Shown here one piece after another: positions 61,116 through 64,000 of a stretch of DNA of 64,000 nt. Numbering within the stretch: the first letter of the stretch is position 1; each line of letters starts with the position of its first letter. Below the pieces are notes generated by a model that had not been told where the DNA came from, searched no databases, and was given only the letters and a program-made list of their open reading frames with translations. Source of the DNA: an uncultured Candidatus Binatia bacterium (lineage in GTDB: Bacteria > Desulfobacterota > Binatia > Bin18); contig OZ243961.1 of NCBI GenBank assembly GCA_965214605.1, positions 1,088,001 to 1,152,000 of the forward strand, in the 5' to 3' direction. The position numbers and the translations under genes are program-made.

Positions 61116-62573
61116 CTAACACAGTTCTGCTTTCTCCGGCAATGGGCTGACCACACACTGACACACCGAACGCGTTGTCGGCGTGACCAGGGCGGTTTTC
61201 CCCCGGACATAACCGGGCACCCATGCCACTTCAGAATCATCATCTCCCAAAACGACCAAGGGAAAAATCAGACGCAGACGGCGCGGCAGCTTAGCATCAC
61301 TAAATACATTGTAAACTTTCTTTCGGCCAGCCATGCCTAGAGGAAAAATACGATCTCCGGGCCGCACACTGCGCACCCGAAGGCCTGACGACACCAGCGC
61401 GGCGTCAAAGAACGTCCGCCACGGATCGGCCGTTCGCGCCTGGGCGGGTGTAGCCTGCCACGCGATCGGCTCGCTCAGCCAACACTGCCAGCCGCTGCCG
61501 GGTATGTGGGGGATAGCGGGCAGTCCCAGCCTTTGCCCGCATGAGAGGAGGTAGGTGTAGGATTCAGAGGTAAAACGCTTTGGTTCAGCAATAAGACAGT
61601 CCTGTTCAACCCGGACCTGGAGACTGCCGGGCAGTTCAACAGTGCCCCGAACCCGCCCTTCGGCCAAGGCCCGAACCTGTTCAAGGTGAATAAAGCCAAG
61701 GTGGTGGCCAATGAGTTCGAGCCACTGGCGTAAAATCCGGACGCGCAGGGCGACAGGCTCAGTCGCCCAGGCGCGGACGCGCAGGCCGGGCATGCCGTCC
61801 CGCTTATACTGAACGCGCAGTCGGGCCGCCGTTGTCGCGGTTTCGAGCCAAGCCTCTTCTTCGCGTAAGGTATCGGCCAGATGGGCCAAATGACGAGAGA
61901 TGCGAGGCGAGAACTCGGTCGCCAGCAGGGGCAACAGGCGGTGTCGAATGCGGTTGCGAGCATAACCGAGATCGGCGTTACTGGGATCGGTCACATAAGA
62001 CAACCGGCGGTCGGTCAGATACTCCAAGACTTCCTGCCGGCTGCAGTCCAGCAGCGGACGAATGAGCCGCTTGTCTCCCTGCGTTCCGATCGTGCGACTT
62101 GGCGGAATACCGCTTAGGCCGCGCCGGGCACTGCCCCGCAGGAGCCGAAACAGCACGGTTTCGGCCTGATCGTCCCGGGTGTGGGCCAGAGCTAGATAGT
62201 CCAGCCCTTCTTGCTCCATCACCGCTTCAAAAAATTGATAGCGCGCGTTGCGCGCCCAGGCTTCAACGCCGTGAGGGGGGGGGGAGAAGTCCAGTTTCTT
62301 TATAAAGCAGGGCAGCTGCCACAGCCGACACAGCCGTTCAACATATCGCTGTTCGTGGTCGGCTTCCGGCCGCAGCCCATGGTTGACGTGGAGTACGCTG
62401 AGGTGTGAGGGGACACTGCTCGGCTGGGCTAGCAGGGCGCTCAACAAGGCGACAGAGTCTGGTCCACCCGAAACCCCGACTCCGAGACGAACGACCTGGT
62501 TGCCCGGCCCAGCCTGTCCTGGGGAAGAAAAAAACCGCCTCAGAGCAGTCTCGACTTTACGTTCGAGCGGCAA
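61116..62573 (-). CDS. tilS: tRNA(Ile)-lysidine synthase (start uncertain)
   Basis: [36 protein letters not shown]. Confidence 0.93.
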   Translation of the reverse strand: MPLERKVETALRRFFSSPGQAGPGNQVVRLGVGVSGGPDSVALLSALLAQPSSVPSHLSVLHVNHGLRPEADHEQRYVERLCRLWQLPCFIKKLDFSPPPHGVEAWARNARYQFFEAVMEQEGLDYLALAHTRDDQAETVLFRLLRGSARRGLSGIPPSRTIGTQGDKRLIRPLLDCSRQEVLEYLTDRRLSYVTDPSNADLGYARNRIRHRLLPLLATEFSPRISRHLAHLADTLREEEAWLETATTAARLRVQYKRDGMPGLRVRAWATEPVALRVRILRQWLELIGHHLGFIHLEQVRALAEGRVRGTVELPGSLQVRVEQDCLIAEPKRFTSESYTYLLSCGQRLGLPAIPHIPGSGWQCWLSEPIAWQATPAQARTADPWRTFFDAALVSSGLRVRSVRPGDRIFPLGMAGRKKVYNVFSDAKLPRRLRLIFPLVVLGDDDSEVAWVPGYVRGKTALVTPTTRSVCQCVVSPLPEKAELC

Positions 62574-62674
62574 AACCCCTCCCTTTTTTCCCCCTGAACG
62601 GGGGCTTTGACCTTCCATACGTCTACCGTACGGCCCCTTGTGACGTTGCGGGAACCTTGGCATGGTGTCGGGTT

Positions 62675-63328
62675 GTGCAAAGATACGCCCTACCCCACGT
62701 GTTCGCTCTTCTTCTTGTTTGGAGCCTGTGTGTCCCAGGCGTGGCTTTTTCTGCCGACCCAGCCCCCTGGAGTAAATCGCTCCCGCCAGGCTTAGCAGAA
62801 TTGCTGCAGGAATTACATCAAAAATATGGTCCCGATACGATCGCCCTCCTAGGCCGGTTGCTCGACACCTCTCGACGCAGCGGTGGTCTGCTCACCGCGT
62901 CTGTGGAAGTGAGCGGTATTGAGACCCAGCAAGAACAGACGTTCCTAACTTTTCAGGTGAAAACCGGCCTGATCTATAACTCTCTTGTGCTGAGTCAAAC
63001 CGAGCGACTCATTGACCTGTGGACCAAGATTGTAGCGCAATCATTCATGGCTTTTCGAACCTTAGAGTTTCCTGCCGATGGAATCTTGCTGGCCCTCCAT
63101 TACCACTCCAGGCCCTACGGCAGCCTTGAGGATCTGAACCAGGATCTCGACGACCCTAGTCAGGCTGGTGAAGCGGGCGAAGCGAGATTCTATTTCTCGG
63201 AACAATCCTTACAAGCCTTTCTGAGTGAGGAACTCTCGGCGCAAGAGCTGCTGACCCGAACAACCATCCTGGCCAACGGCAGGCCGGTTGCGCTTCAGCT
63301 CCCACCACCGTCCAACAGCGAGACCTAG
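62675..63328 (+). CDS. secreted hypothetical protein
   Basis: Signal peptide (…VAFSA-DP) in the long ORF divergent from tilS; start uncertain. Confidence 0.65.
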   Translation: MQRYALPHVFALLLVWSLCVPGVAFSADPAPWSKSLPPGLAELLQELHQKYGPDTIALLGRLLDTSRRSGGLLTASVEVSGIETQQEQTFLTFQVKTGLIYNSLVLSQTERLIDLWTKIVAQSFMAFRTLEFPADGILLALHYHSRPYGSLEDLNQDLDDPSQAGEAGEARFYFSEQSLQAFLSEELSAQELLTRTTILANGRPVALQLPPPSNSET

Positions 63329-63354
63329 CCAAGATTTGGCTGAGGCTTGGTGGT

Positions 63355-63456
63355 TTACTCTTTATTGCCGCTTACCAGCACGGCTACAGTTGCTATGGCC
63401 GCAGAAAGCACGGCCGCCCCGGCAACAATTTGCATAAAAATAGCAAGGGGGTCCAT
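63355..63456 (-). CDS. 33-aa single-TM small protein
   Basis: MDPLAIFMQIVAGAAVLSAAIATVAVLVSGNKE* with AAGGAG RBS 7 nt upstream. Confidence 0.6.
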   Translation of the reverse strand: MDPLAIFMQIVAGAAVLSAAIATVAVLVSGNKE

Positions 63457-63518
63457 AGCTGTTCTCCTTGAGAAGGGTTCTGAAATTCGAAATGTTGTAT
63501 CTACACAAAAGTGAGGCA

Positions 63519-63592
63519 TAGCGACGGGCAGAATCGAACTGCCGACCTAGGGATTATGAGACCCTCGCTCTAGCCTACTGAGCTACGTCGCC
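63519..63592 (-). tRNA. tRNA-Met(CAT), probably elongator; CCA not encoded
   Basis: Cloverleaf GGCGACG-TA-GCTC..GAGC-AGGGT CTCATAA TCCCT-GGCAG TTCGATT CTGCC-CGTCGCT A. Confidence 0.93.
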
Positions 63593-63676
63593 ACAACGTC
63601 CTTAGCAGGATAACAGCTAGGCATACTAGCCGACAATGGCCCAGCTCGGCAAGCCCGCTGGCCTGCTAGGTGATCA

Positions 63677-64000
63677 TCATCCGACTGCCGACCAGTGTTT
63701 GCCGACGTCGCGTTCCCTCACCTGCCGGCTCCCCTTTGCTACCTGGTACAGGGTCTTGCTGGTCCACTCAAGACAGGTCAAGTACCCACCGTAGACAAGA
63801 CCCGTATCAATCCCGACCTTGTAAGGAAGATGAAAGCGGACCTCAGGTTGGGGCGTGTGGCCGTACACCACCGTGTAAGGAAGGGAGTGACGGTTACTGA
63901 TAAACTCCTGACGGATCCACAGCAGATGTTCAGCCTGTTGGTCTGCGAGCGAGCGCGAGGGATCGATACCGGCGTGGACGCACAAAACTTCTTGGCCCGG
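63677..64000 (-). CDS. metallophosphoesterase (Ser/Thr phosphatase-like), 5' end outside the window
   Basis: VHAG, LLWIR, GHTP, IDTG...G.LT motifs. Confidence 0.88.
   Translation of the reverse strand, partial: PGQEVLCVHAGIDPSRSLADQQAEHLLWIRQEFISNRHSLPYTVVYGHTPQPEVRFHLPYKVGIDTGLVYGGYLTCLEWTSKTLYQVAKGSRQVRERDVGKHWSAVG

Noticed and set aside
62275-62284. G10/C10 tract in tilS as a phase-variation site
   Set aside because: In frame, encodes a Pro run in a normally essential gene; switching is unlikely.
63519-63592. CAU tRNA near tilS as tRNA-Ile2
   Set aside because: Acceptor stem G2-C71/C3-G70 without C4/C5 fits elongator Met better; it is not an initiator either (G1, no C1 mismatch).
1-64000. 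CRISPR arrays, rRNA, prophage, integrase
   Set aside because: No regularly spaced repeats, rRNA-like segments or phage/integrase motifs were seen by eye.

Overview
A 64 kb, GC-rich chromosomal window from a diderm bacterium. Gene content (many LLM, Rieske and SDR oxidoreductases, cdaA-cdaR-glmM, a single-subunit squalene synthase) suggests a Deltaproteobacteria-like or Binatota-like organism; this is inference only. Both ends are housekeeping: pheST on the left, and apt-nlpD-dedA-cimA-lysC-tsaE-nnr-glmM-cdaR-cdaA-ftsH-tilS plus tRNA-Met on the right. The accessory middle holds several uncharacterised modules: (1) an LLM monooxygenase + Rieske dioxygenase alpha/beta + heme-oxygenase-like diiron enzyme operon with no reductase; (2) tamAB bracketed by a diverged ~180 bp direct repeat; (3) a five-gene accessory Hsp70 system (helical-repeat protein, J-domain protein lacking HPD, GrpE, Hsp70, Zn-ribbon protein); (4) an LLM / frameshifted methyltransferase / small-partner module; (5) a high-GC HTTM-like + DCC1 two-gene island with an in-frame G14 tract between IS remnants; (6) a hydantoinase/oxoprolinase A-B pair split by a beta-carbonic anhydrase and followed by SDR and MFS genes; (7) a peptide-type ABC operon interrupted by a 748 bp antisense AAA-ATPase pseudogene with 5 bp direct repeats. 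Several pseudogenes and apparent gene losses hint at genome erosion. No CRISPR array or rRNA was seen. All family assignments come from motif recognition by eye, not database searches.
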